From an uncultured Bacilli bacterium (lineage in GTDB: Bacteria > Bacillota_I > Bacilli_A > RF39 > UBA660), in contig CAKOOO010000001.1 in assembly GCA_934098665.1 (NCBI GenBank), positions 106,752 to 170,751 on the forward strand: 64,000 bases of DNA, written 5' to 3'. Below, one piece after another: positions 17,629 through 27,322 of this stretch (within the stretch, counting starts at the first letter, position 1; every line of letters begins with the position of its first letter). Both the position numbers and the translations under genes were made by a program. The notes under the pieces were generated by a model. That model saw only the letters and a program-made list of their open reading frames with translations, made no database searches and was not told the DNA's origin.

Positions 17629-18774
17629 CTAATTTATATTTAAATTATTTTCATTTAATTTTTTATTATTATTTTTCATTCTTATAAGTAATAATGTTAT
17701 ACCTATTATTAAAACAATAATAATTACATTTAATGCACATATTAACCATATATTTGGCATATTAGATTTAGAAATATTTATTATATAACTTTGACTTTCA
17801 GTTCCATCAGTTATCTTTATTTCTATTTTGCTATTGTTTTTCAATTTTTCATTTCCAATTATTTCATAAGTTAATTTGTCATTATCATTTTCAATATTAA
17901 TATCTAGTTTATCTTCGTTATTTATTTTTAAAGTATAATTATAGTTATTTCTATAATAATTTAATATATATCCATTTACACTAATATTTTTAAGTGAAAT
18001 ACTTTCTTTACAAATAGACTCTTTTTTTACATTTAAAGTGTATTCTTTTACTTTATTATCTTCAGCTGTAACTTTAATAATAATTTTATTTTCTCCAACT
18101 TTTAAGTTTTCATTTCCGATTATTTCATATGTTGCTTTGGCATCATTTAGCGTTATATCAAGTTTTAATTTATCTACGTTTTCAGTTAATGTTAGATTAT
18201 ATTCTAAAGTATCTTTTTCAAAGTTGAAATCTTTTATTTCTTTTATACTAAATGTTTTAATACTTGCATCACTACTTTTTTGTGGTGTTGTTGTTTGAGG
18301 ATTTGATGGTTGGGGATTTGATGGTTTAGGACTTGGCGTAGGTGTTGGAGTTGGTTCTGGTGTTGGAGTTGGTTCTGGTGTTGGAGTTGTTTCTGGTTTA
18401 TTTGTAACAGTTACTGAAGCACTTCCTGAAACATTTACAGCATTTCCATCATTTGCACTTGTTACATCTCCAGAAAGTGTAAGAGTTATTGTTCCAACTC
18501 CTGTAGATGTACAAGTAACTGGAAATGATTTACTTGTATCAAGTGCATCTAATGTAGCATCAGCTATATCAAGTTTGCAACCACTTACAGGTCCTGAAGA
18601 AGCAACATGTAAATTCCACGCTGCTGCTTCATTCATATTTACATATGCTGTAAAGCTTTCACCTGAATATATGCTACTTGAACTAACTGTTAAACTAGCA
18701 CTTGCAGCATATACATTTAAGCTAACTATTAAAAATGATAATATTCCAGTTAAAATTAATTTTAATTTTTTCAT
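17629..18774 (-). CDS. cell-surface protein with a signal peptide, Ig-like N-domain, Pro/Thr linker, cadherin-like beta-sandwich repeats and a C-terminal TM anchor
   Basis: Linker TTPTPEPTPTPEPTPTPTPSPKPSNPQPSNPQ. Repeats of the type KTFSIKEIKDFNFEKDTLEYNLTL...ATYEIIGNENL. C-terminal TM is IWLICALNVIIIVLIIGITLLLI followed by basic residues. It lies 13 nt downstream of the dockerin protease. Confidence 0.6.
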   Translation of the reverse strand: MKKLKLILTGILSFLIVSLNVYAASASLTVSSSSIYSGESFTAYVNMNEAAAWNLHVASSGPVSGCKLDIADATLDALDTSKSFPVTCTSTGVGTITLTLSGDVTSANDGNAVNVSGSASVTVTNKPETTPTPEPTPTPEPTPTPTPSPKPSNPQPSNPQTTTPQKSSDASIKTFSIKEIKDFNFEKDTLEYNLTLTENVDKLKLDITLNDAKATYEIIGNENLKVGENKIIIKVTAEDNKVKEYTLNVKKESICKESISLKNISVNGYILNYYRNNYNYTLKINNEDKLDINIENDNDKLTYEIIGNEKLKNNSKIEIKITDGTESQSYIINISKSNMPNIWLICALNVIIIVLIIGITLLLIRMKNNNKKLNENNLNIN

Positions 18775-18787
18775 TTTTTTATCCTTT

Positions 18788-21700
18788 CTATCCTATTAAT
18801 TTTGTTCCTATCAAATGTTGTCTTATTCTAAGTAAGTCTGCAGAATTTACTGTGTTATCATAATTTATGTCTGATGCTGTAAAATATATTCCATTAAGTG
18901 GTTTTACCCCAATTAGATGTTGTCTTATTTTAAGTAAATCAGCTGAATTTATTATACCATCGCCAGTAATATCACCAGTAACTACATTTGTAAATTCCTT
19001 AATTAAGCTACCAGAATCATATATTCTTGTTTTAGAACCAGTATAAATTAAATTATTTGATGAATCAACAGTTACACTATAATTATCTCCAAGTCTAATA
19101 TGATTTTTAAAATTACTTTCAGTTGTTCCAACAATTATCTTATTAATTGTATTACTATTTTCATCAACTGAATAATCATTTATTGAATATGTGAAACTTG
19201 ATTTAAATATTGGATATAAAACTAATTCTTTTTCTAAAGTTATTTCATTTCCTATGCTATATTTTTGACCAGTACCATCTACTTTTGTATTCCAAGAGTC
19301 AAAATAATAACCAGCCATTTCAATAGTACAATTTTCAATTTTAATAGTTTGTCCAATTTCATATTCTTTTTCATTTTTGTTTGTACAACTATCATCTAAA
19401 CAATATATAATTTTAACTTTAATTTTTTCCCATTGAGCATATAAGGTTATATCCTCGGTAATGCTTATCAATTGTTCATCTTCATAAGATACACCCGTTC
19501 CATCTGCTTTAGTATTCCAATTTTTAAATATATAATTATCTCTTGTAAATATATTTTTAGATAAATTAGCACTCACATTTTTTATTAGTTCCATATTTGG
19601 CATATTACCAATACCTTGGTTTGGATTAAACGTAATTGTATATTTTTCTTCTTTCCATTGTGCATGTAAGGTTATATTATTTTGTTCATCAAATGGAATA
19701 TTATCAAAAATTATAGAATCACTTGATTTTGCAGAAAATTTTATTCCTGTTCCGTCTTGTTTAGTGTTCCAGTTATCAATATAATAATTTTCTTTTGAGA
19801 AATCTAAATTTCCAAATGAAATAGTTCCTTCACTAGGATAAGTCATAGTCAAATCAACTGTTTTATTATTATTTGATGTCACACCATTTCCATCAAATGT
19901 TATTTTATATTGATTTTCACTCCAAATTGCATATAATTTCAAATCTTCATTTATTCCACTTTCAATTAATTGCTCATCATAATATACTATTCCTGTACCA
20001 TCTGCTTTAGTATTCCATTCTTTAAATGTATGACCTTTATATGTAAATAAGTTTTTAACCAAATTAAACTTTCTATTAATAGCAACATCTTGTGAACTTT
20101 CTTCATTAGATGGATTGTTGCTATTAAATGTAATTGTTTTTGCTTCCATTATTGTAACCTGTATATCATCTTTATAACCATCATACAAACTAGTTATATG
20201 AATTGTCGTTACACCAATTTTCTTTGGAGTAATGACACCCGATGAACTAATAGTTAAATACTCATCATCATATGTCCATTTAATGTTCTTTGCATTATTA
20301 GTATTTGGGAAAATTAAATCATATATATTCTTTGCTTCCGAAATTTTCATTTCAAAATCATCAATTGTTTCAGTGAAGTCAAATTTATCCAGTAATGTTG
20401 TTAATATAGGAAATCTTTTATAACCGTCAATTTCTGGTTGTGTCCATTGTGACTTATGTTCAAAATAATTTGCGTAATTGTTTGCTATTAAATCATCTAA
20501 TGTTACAGCAGTATTATTATTAATCGTTTCAGTACCATTTGATGTAATTTTTCCATATAATTTGTTTTCATTTGTATACCATACACCACTTATATTTACC
20601 GAATTAGTTTGATTAATATAGCCAACAGCTGCACCTAATCTAGTTGCTACTTGTGTTTTATAACTACCAGCACTTATAGCGTTATTTATAGTAAGATTAT
20701 TTACTAAACCACTATCACCAACTATGCCTCCGATAGCACTATCACCAAGTGAGCCATTACCACTCACTTTGCTATAACTTGCTGAGTCACTAATTGTTAC
20801 GTTAAGTTTTTGCCCTTCAGCAACACCAATTATTCCTCCGGCAAAAACTGTATCTATGTTACCAACACTTACATTCGAATACAAATTGTACATATTACAA
20901 TTTACATTTTTAGTAACTGCTTTTGATACATTTATACCTCCTATTAATCCACCATTATAGTATGATGAATTAACTTTACCGCCAATAGCAGATACATTAT
21001 TAATTTCTATTTCATCTGTTATAGATATTGTACCAGCCAATGCACCAGCATCTAAATAACCATTAATATTTACATCTTTTATTATCAAATTTTTTATGTA
21101 ATTATTTTTTCCATAAATATTTCCAAATATTCCAACTGGGTCTTTACCTATATCTTTTGGTCTATTTATGTATACACCACTTATCACATGATTATTTCCA
21201 TTAAAGCTTCCATAAAAATCACTAATTGGTAACCATCCAGCACCAGAATTATAAAATAATCCTTTTGTATTAGTTGTATCATATGATAAATCTAAATCAT
21301 TAGTTAGCACATAATGATTATCTTTTGTATTTAAATTTCTTAATCCATTTAAATCGGATGCAGTTTTAATTTCATAGGGATTTTCTTTCGTTCCAATACC
21401 CAACATTTTATTATTATGTTTCGTTAGTTTCCATTCAATTTTATCATATTTTTCATTATTATAATAAACCTCAACTGTATATGTACCTAATTTCACATTT
21501 TCACTATTATATGATAAAAGTGCGTTAATATAATTAGAAACAGAATAATTTCTAAATACATGAAATAAATTTGTAACATCTTCATTATTTTGATTCAATA
21601 TTTTAAATGTTAAATTATCATTTGATGATAAATTTCTAGAAACTCCTGAAACAACAAATACATTATTATCATCAAAAGTTACTGTATGTGGATCTGAAAT

Positions 21701-23428
21701 ACATTTGTTATCATCTAAAGTACATTTAGTCAAGATTTTTTCACTTGTTGATCTAATATTTGTTAAATCAATAAATTTATCTTCACCAACATTACTTGTA
21801 TGAATAGAGCCGTAATAATCATATTTAATATTATCTCCTTTGAATGTTAATTTAAACTTTTCTGTATTTTCATCTAGAACTATATTGTTTTCTGAAATAT
21901 CAATAGTGTAAAGTCCTGGTTGAGAATATGTTTGAGATTTTAATAATTCATAACTTGAAACATATTCATAATCTGAAACAATTACTTCATTATTTCGATA
22001 ATAAACATATATAGTTTTATTGTATGAATTAACAAAAAATTTAACTTTTTTTAATAATTCTTTTGTATTTCCTTTTGTAAATGTAGTATATTGTCCAGTT
22101 GCTCTATAAGAATTGTCATAATCTACTTCACTTACATTAGTTATACTACTATAAGAACTTTTCATTGTATTATAAGGTAAGTATATAAAAGTATCATTAT
22201 TTCCCCATGAATTTTGTATTATCCATGCCCCATTTATCGTATATAAATCACCTTTAGTACAAGAATAATTATTTCCTACCTTTGTAGCATTAGTTATTTC
22301 AAAATCTGTTTTATTTAAACAAATATTATGTGTATAATTATCATCCCACCCAATTACTGAAACTGCGTGGTTCATTCCTGAACTAGGATTCCATTTATAA
22401 GGTACATAATATATAACATTTTTTCCATCAGTATTTAATGCTTTTTCTGTTCCAGTTGGTATATATTCTACCGATAAATTTGTATAAGCTCCAACAGAAA
22501 CATGTATAGAACCATTATTAACAATTTGCTCTTTTAAAAGATTTACTAAAGCATCGACGTCAGACTGATTATTGGTTGATAGCGGATTAAAAAATAGAAA
22601 TTCATTTAAACTATATTCAGTATTATCTATATTTGTGATTTCAAATGGTGAAAGTTTAGAAGTATAATTATAATCATACTTCCAATATTTATTGCTTTTT
22701 ATATTTTTATCGCTATTGTAATTTGTTCCAGCACTACAATTTCCAGCGCACAAAACTGGAGAAATACCAATTGCTGTTGAATTAGCAAATCTTAGCATAT
22801 TTCCGCCCTCATTTAGGTTGTCACCTATAACTGGACTATTATTATATAAAAATGGGTTACTACCTGCATCAATTGAATTTAAGTCTTTAGTAGTTGCATA
22901 ATCTATTTGTTTTTCAGAAAAAGTTAACATTTTAGTTTTGTTACTTTTTATAGCTAAATGGCTTTCCAAAGAAGTTGCTGAAGAAAAGGCCCAACATAAC
23001 CCCTCAGAACCTTGGTTATAAACATTTGTAATATAACCATCATCTCTTAAATTATAATATGATAATGATGTTTTTTCATTGGAATCACCTTGTTTAGTTA
23101 AAACATCATTTTTATATGAATGTTCTATTATATATATTTCTGGAATATAACCATATTCACTACTCTTACCATTTTTTAAATATTCAACATAATCAGGATT
23201 TAAGTATGGCTCTTCATCTTCCTTATTCTTTTCAGTTAAAATAATTTCACCAGTTTCATTATAAATATCCTCAATATATTTTTTAGCTTCCATAGGAAGA
23301 TAATTATAACTTTCTGATTTTAATACTCTTTCTATTTTATTAGAGCTAAAATGTTTAAATAATATAAAAGTACCTATAACCAAAACCACACTAAAAAATA
23401 AAACGATTTTTTTTACACAACTTCTCAC
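18788..23428 (-). CDS. giant (1546 aa) secreted papain-like (C1) cysteine protease with GLUG/beta-helix region, Listeria-Bacteroides (Flg_new) repeats and a C-terminal type I dockerin
   Basis: The C1 active site is QGSEGLCWAFSSATSLESH. His is in NHAVSVIGWDDN and Asn in IIQNSWGN. GTKENPYEI is followed by Gly-rich GLUG-like repeats (AGALAGT, GGLIGGI, FAGGIIGV). There are four repeats of the type YTITFNPNQG...FKNWNTKADGTGVSY. Dockerin duplicated segments are GDITGDGIINSADLLKIRQHL and SDINYDNTVNSADLLRIRQHL. Confidence 0.8.
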   Translation of the reverse strand: MRSCVKKIVLFFSVVLVIGTFILFKHFSSNKIERVLKSESYNYLPMEAKKYIEDIYNETGEIILTEKNKEDEEPYLNPDYVEYLKNGKSSEYGYIPEIYIIEHSYKNDVLTKQGDSNEKTSLSYYNLRDDGYITNVYNQGSEGLCWAFSSATSLESHLAIKSNKTKMLTFSEKQIDYATTKDLNSIDAGSNPFLYNNSPVIGDNLNEGGNMLRFANSTAIGISPVLCAGNCSAGTNYNSDKNIKSNKYWKYDYNYTSKLSPFEITNIDNTEYSLNEFLFFNPLSTNNQSDVDALVNLLKEQIVNNGSIHVSVGAYTNLSVEYIPTGTEKALNTDGKNVIYYVPYKWNPSSGMNHAVSVIGWDDNYTHNICLNKTDFEITNATKVGNNYSCTKGDLYTINGAWIIQNSWGNNDTFIYLPYNTMKSSYSSITNVSEVDYDNSYRATGQYTTFTKGNTKELLKKVKFFVNSYNKTIYVYYRNNEVIVSDYEYVSSYELLKSQTYSQPGLYTIDISENNIVLDENTEKFKLTFKGDNIKYDYYGSIHTSNVGEDKFIDLTNIRSTSEKILTKCTLDDNKCISDPHTVTFDDNNVFVVSGVSRNLSSNDNLTFKILNQNNEDVTNLFHVFRNYSVSNYINALLSYNSENVKLGTYTVEVYYNNEKYDKIEWKLTKHNNKMLGIGTKENPYEIKTASDLNGLRNLNTKDNHYVLTNDLDLSYDTTNTKGLFYNSGAGWLPISDFYGSFNGNNHVISGVYINRPKDIGKDPVGIFGNIYGKNNYIKNLIIKDVNINGYLDAGALAGTISITDEIEINNVSAIGGKVNSSYYNGGLIGGINVSKAVTKNVNCNMYNLYSNVSVGNIDTVFAGGIIGVAEGQKLNVTISDSASYSKVSGNGSLGDSAIGGIVGDSGLVNNLTINNAISAGSYKTQVATRLGAAVGYINQTNSVNISGVWYTNENKLYGKITSNGTETINNNTAVTLDDLIANNYANYFEHKSQWTQPEIDGYKRFPILTTLLDKFDFTETIDDFEMKISEAKNIYDLIFPNTNNAKNIKWTYDDEYLTISSSGVITPKKIGVTTIHITSLYDGYKDDIQVTIMEAKTITFNSNNPSNEESSQDVAINRKFNLVKNLFTYKGHTFKEWNTKADGTGIVYYDEQLIESGINEDLKLYAIWSENQYKITFDGNGVTSNNNKTVDLTMTYPSEGTISFGNLDFSKENYYIDNWNTKQDGTGIKFSAKSSDSIIFDNIPFDEQNNITLHAQWKEEKYTITFNPNQGIGNMPNMELIKNVSANLSKNIFTRDNYIFKNWNTKADGTGVSYEDEQLISITEDITLYAQWEKIKVKIIYCLDDSCTNKNEKEYEIGQTIKIENCTIEMAGYYFDSWNTKVDGTGQKYSIGNEITLEKELVLYPIFKSSFTYSINDYSVDENSNTINKIIVGTTESNFKNHIRLGDNYSVTVDSSNNLIYTGSKTRIYDSGSLIKEFTNVVTGDITGDGIINSADLLKIRQHLIGVKPLNGIYFTASDINYDNTVNSADLLRIRQHLIGTKLIG

Positions 23429-23524
23429 AAACTACCTACTTCCTATTATAAATAATAGCACAATTGATATTTTAAGTCTATAGTATTATTTTTAAAAAAA
23501 TAGACTAAATAAAAATTTGTCTAT

Positions 23525-24073
23525 CTATAAACTAACCTTTGCATCCTTTTCATTTTCATCGACTTTAAAATACTCTTCTTCTTTAAAACCATGAATTTTT
23601 GCTACAATAAGTGATGGAAAAGTAATAACCTTTTCATTATATAAAGAAACATTTGCATTATATGCCCTTCGCGAAGCAGATAAATGTTCTTCAGAATCTA
23701 TTATTGCTTTTTGTAAATTTAAAAAGTTTTCATTTGCTTTTATATCAGGATATTTTTCAATAATAATATTTATTTTATTCATTGTTTCATCAAGTGATGA
23801 ATTAATATTTTTAAGTTCATTTAAACTCATATTATTACGAAATTTTATAGCACTTAATAAAACCTCTTTTTCATGTTTTGTATACCCTTTTACAACTTCA
23901 ACAAGATTTGTTATAACATTATATCTTTTAGATAATGCTACATCTATTCCAGATAATGCTTCACTTATTTTAAGTTTATACTTTTTTAAAATATTAAGAG
24001 TTCCAATATAATTTCCTAATATAATTAAAAATATAATTCCTATAACTATTAATAAAATATGTTTTGCTTCCAT
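23525..24073 (-). CDS. lemA: LemA family protein
   Basis: 182 aa with an N-terminal TM and the LemA C-terminal signature AYNANVSLYNEKVITFPSLIVAKIHGFKEEEYF. Confidence 0.8.
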   Translation of the reverse strand: MEAKHILLIVIGIIFLIILGNYIGTLNILKKYKLKISEALSGIDVALSKRYNVITNLVEVVKGYTKHEKEVLLSAIKFRNNMSLNELKNINSSLDETMNKINIIIEKYPDIKANENFLNLQKAIIDSEEHLSASRRAYNANVSLYNEKVITFPSLIVAKIHGFKEEEYFKVDENEKDAKVSL

Positions 24074-24076
24074 TTA

Positions 24077-24982
24077 TTAATCCTCCTTAAATAAATCATT
24101 GTCTAAATCAAGCTGTTCAATAAAATTTATAATTACATCAATATCTTTTTTTATTGTATCTTTAATAATAGTTTCATTAACCTTTTTATGCATACTTGGT
24201 TCAAAAGAATCTAAATAATTATTAAGACCTAAATATAGTTTATTATTATTAAAACATAATATTAACCTGCCATTTATTTTTAAACTTAAATCTTTAATTC
24301 TTTCCATAAATGATGGTGATAAAATATAAAATGCTTCATGTTCATTTTGAGCATAAACTAAAAAGTTTTTATTAAACTCTTCATCCTCTAAAGCAATTTT
24401 TTCATAATTTAAATCATAAAAATTAATAACTGAGGAAGTTTGTGACACACATAAATTTGATTTAAATGCCCTATTAAAATCAAATATAAACCATCTACCC
24501 ATAAATAATGTTACATAATAAGTTTCTTTATTACCATCTTTATCTTCTCTTTCATGTTCTTCCTCAATATGAACATCTGATGATACAAAATTTACATCCT
24601 TGTATTTTCCTTTTATGTAATCGTTAGAATGATATCTGTCTGAGGTATCAATCATTTTAGTATCCATTAAAGTTTCCTCTGAAATGCCTTTTTCTGGTTC
24701 ATATTCTAAATCAGTAAAAATTTCTTTTAAAGCATTGTAAACAAAATAATTTTTATATAGCAAAGTATATTCTCTTACATATTTTTGACCAGGCAACCCA
24801 GCAAAAACTAAACTAAAAATTACTGTAAATGGTAAAACAATATAACAATTAAATGATAATGAAATAATTTGATGTTTACAAAGTATCACAAATAAAATGT
24901 TAAGTATAATTGCAATACTATAGCATATAGTATTACATATTGCATATTTTTTTCTAAGTAAATTTAATCTATCTATTTCCAT
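24077..24982 (-). CDS. hypothetical membrane protein (LemA-adjacent, DUF3137-like position)
   Basis: Two N-terminal TM helices. It lies 3 nt upstream of lemA in the same orientation. Confidence 0.45.
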   Translation of the reverse strand: MEIDRLNLLRKKYAICNTICYSIAIILNILFVILCKHQIISLSFNCYIVLPFTVIFSLVFAGLPGQKYVREYTLLYKNYFVYNALKEIFTDLEYEPEKGISEETLMDTKMIDTSDRYHSNDYIKGKYKDVNFVSSDVHIEEEHEREDKDGNKETYYVTLFMGRWFIFDFNRAFKSNLCVSQTSSVINFYDLNYEKIALEDEEFNKNFLVYAQNEHEAFYILSPSFMERIKDLSLKINGRLILCFNNNKLYLGLNNYLDSFEPSMHKKVNETIIKDTIKKDIDVIINFIEQLDLDNDLFKED

Positions 24983-25166
24983 AATTATTTAACTCCTTTT
25001 TAAACTCGAAAGAATCCGCTAGTTTAAAACTTATTACAAATAAAGTATATCATAACGTTTACAAAAAACAAATATTTTTAATTTTTTTTACATATTAAGT
25101 AAATCAATTTTATTGTAAAAAAAATCTTATTTTGATATAATATTTTTAGAATAAAGAGGTATTAAT

Positions 25167-26909
25167 ATGATAGGAACTATTGAACAAATAATTGGAAATG
25201 AAATTGATGTAAAACTTGCACTTGATATTAAAAAAGTACCAAATTTAATTAATTTATATGTTTTAATAAAAGATGCAAATAAATCTTTTATTGGTGAAAT
25301 AACGTCTTTATCTTTAACAGGATGTAAAGTTAATATTTTAGGAAAATTAAATGGTGATAAATTTATTTATGGTTTTGATGAAAAACCCTCTTTTGCAAGT
25401 GTAATATATTTACTTAATTATGATTTTGTAAAAAATATAGTGGGTTTTAGTGGTAATAGTTTACTCATGGGAAAAAGTCCCTATTATGAAAATGTAAATA
25501 TCTTTGCAAATACAAATAATTTATTTGGTTCTCATTTTGCAATATTTGGTTCTTCAGGAAGTGGTAAAAGTTGTGGCTTTACAAGAATTATACAAAATTT
25601 AATGAATCAAAATAATATTAATAGTAATCCTAATATTATTATTTTTGATGCTTATGGTGAGTACGCTAGTGCATTTAATTATTTAAATAATGAACCATCT
25701 TTTGCATATAAAACTTATACAACTGATATAAATAGTAGTAATGAAATTCTTACATTACCTCCATGGCTTTTAAATATTGAGGAATATGCTTTACTACTCG
25801 AAGCAAATGATAAAAGCCAATTAAGTATTTTAGAAAAAACTTTAAGATATGTTAATTTATTTATTAATAATGATGAAAATATTAAAGCATATAAAAATAC
25901 AATTTTAGCAAAAGCACTTCTTGATATATTAATAAGTGGTAAACCTGGTCCTCAAATAAGAGATCAGTTTGTAGGAGTTCTTACAAAAACTAATACCGAA
26001 GAAATTAATCTTGAAAGTCCAATTAATGAACCTGGATATTTTAGAACATTGCGTCAGTGTATGAGAGTTGATGATCATAATAAAATTAACGCTATTGAGC
26101 AAGTTACTGATTTTTTACAAGGATTTATTGGTGATGAAGTTACATTTTCACTACCTGATGGAACACAAATGTTTACACTCGAAGATGTAGCTAATGCTTT
26201 AGAGTTTGCTCTTATTGATGAAGGTATATGGAAAAATGATAGTGTTTATAATAATATGAACATTTTAAAAGTAAGACTTGATAGTATTTTAAATAGTGAT
26301 TATAAAAAATATTTCGAAGTAAATAATTATATAAGTATAGAAACATTTATAAATAATATAGTTCATACAAATGCAAATAAAAAAGCACAAATAATTAATT
26401 TTAATATTAACTATGTTACTGAAAGTTTTGGTAAAGCACTTGTTAAAATATACTCTAAATTAATATTTAATTATGTTGCTTCTTTAAAGGAAAGAGGTTC
26501 TAATCCATTTAATTTAATAATTGAGGAAGCACATAGATATGCAGGTCATGATAATGATTTAAATGTACTTGGATATAATATTTTTGAAAGAATCGCTAAA
26601 GAAGGCAGAAAATATGGGGTACTTTTAGGGCTTATTTCACAAAGACCCTCAGAAATAAGTGAAACAACACTTAGTCAATGTAATAACTTTTTAATTTTTA
26701 AAATGACTCACCCTACTGATATTTCTTACATTAGAAAAGTTGTTCCTTATATAACTGATGATATAATTGAAAAAATGAAATCAATTGTACCTGGTAATGC
26801 TTTATGTTTTGGTTCTGCATTTAAAATGCCCCTTCTTGTAAAGTTTGAATATCCAAATCCTGCTCCAAAAAGTGAAAATGTAAATTTAGATAGTGTTTGG
26901 TTTAAATAA
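25167..26909 (+). CDS. HerA-like/DUF87 ATPase
   Basis: Walker A is FGSSGSGKSC. Walker B region is LIIEEAHRYAG. The C-terminus is ...GRKYGVLLGLISQRPSEISETTLSQCNNFLIFKMTHPTD, typical of HerA/DUF87 helicase-like ATPases. Confidence 0.65.
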   Translation: MIGTIEQIIGNEIDVKLALDIKKVPNLINLYVLIKDANKSFIGEITSLSLTGCKVNILGKLNGDKFIYGFDEKPSFASVIYLLNYDFVKNIVGFSGNSLLMGKSPYYENVNIFANTNNLFGSHFAIFGSSGSGKSCGFTRIIQNLMNQNNINSNPNIIIFDAYGEYASAFNYLNNEPSFAYKTYTTDINSSNEILTLPPWLLNIEEYALLLEANDKSQLSILEKTLRYVNLFINNDENIKAYKNTILAKALLDILISGKPGPQIRDQFVGVLTKTNTEEINLESPINEPGYFRTLRQCMRVDDHNKINAIEQVTDFLQGFIGDEVTFSLPDGTQMFTLEDVANALEFALIDEGIWKNDSVYNNMNILKVRLDSILNSDYKKYFEVNNYISIETFINNIVHTNANKKAQIINFNINYVTESFGKALVKIYSKLIFNYVASLKERGSNPFNLIIEEAHRYAGHDNDLNVLGYNIFERIAKEGRKYGVLLGLISQRPSEISETTLSQCNNFLIFKMTHPTDISYIRKVVPYITDDIIEKMKSIVPGNALCFGSAFKMPLLVKFEYPNPAPKSENVNLDSVWFK

Positions 26910-26935
26910 TTGATATAATATAGATGAGGTGAAAT

Positions 26936-27322
26936 ATGAATTGTTTATTTTGCAGTATTGCACAAAATCAAAATGAAAGAATGACTATTTATGAAGATGA
27001 AAGATTAGTCCTTATTATGGATAAATTTCCTATTTGTGATGGACATGCACTTATTATTCCTAAAAAGCATTTCGAAGATATTTATGAAGTTGATGAAAAA
27101 ACTTTTAATCATATGTTTGAAGTTGCTAAAAATTATGCTAAAGTTTTAATGGATGTAACAAATGAAAAAGGATGCACTTTTTCAATTAACTATGGTGATA
27201 AACAAGAAATAAAACATTTGCACTTACATATCATGCCAAATTATAAGGTTAAACCTTCTAAAAAAGTAAGCGATGTATATAATTTAGTAGTGAGTACTTA
27301 TGAAAAAGAAAAGAAAAATTAA
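26936..27322 (+). CDS. HIT-family nucleotide hydrolase
   Basis: The histidine triad is KHLHLHIMP. The N-terminus CLFCSI is typical of HIT proteins. Confidence 0.8.
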   Translation: MNCLFCSIAQNQNERMTIYEDERLVLIMDKFPICDGHALIIPKKHFEDIYEVDEKTFNHMFEVAKNYAKVLMDVTNEKGCTFSINYGDKQEIKHLHLHIMPNYKVKPSKKVSDVYNLVVSTYEKEKKN

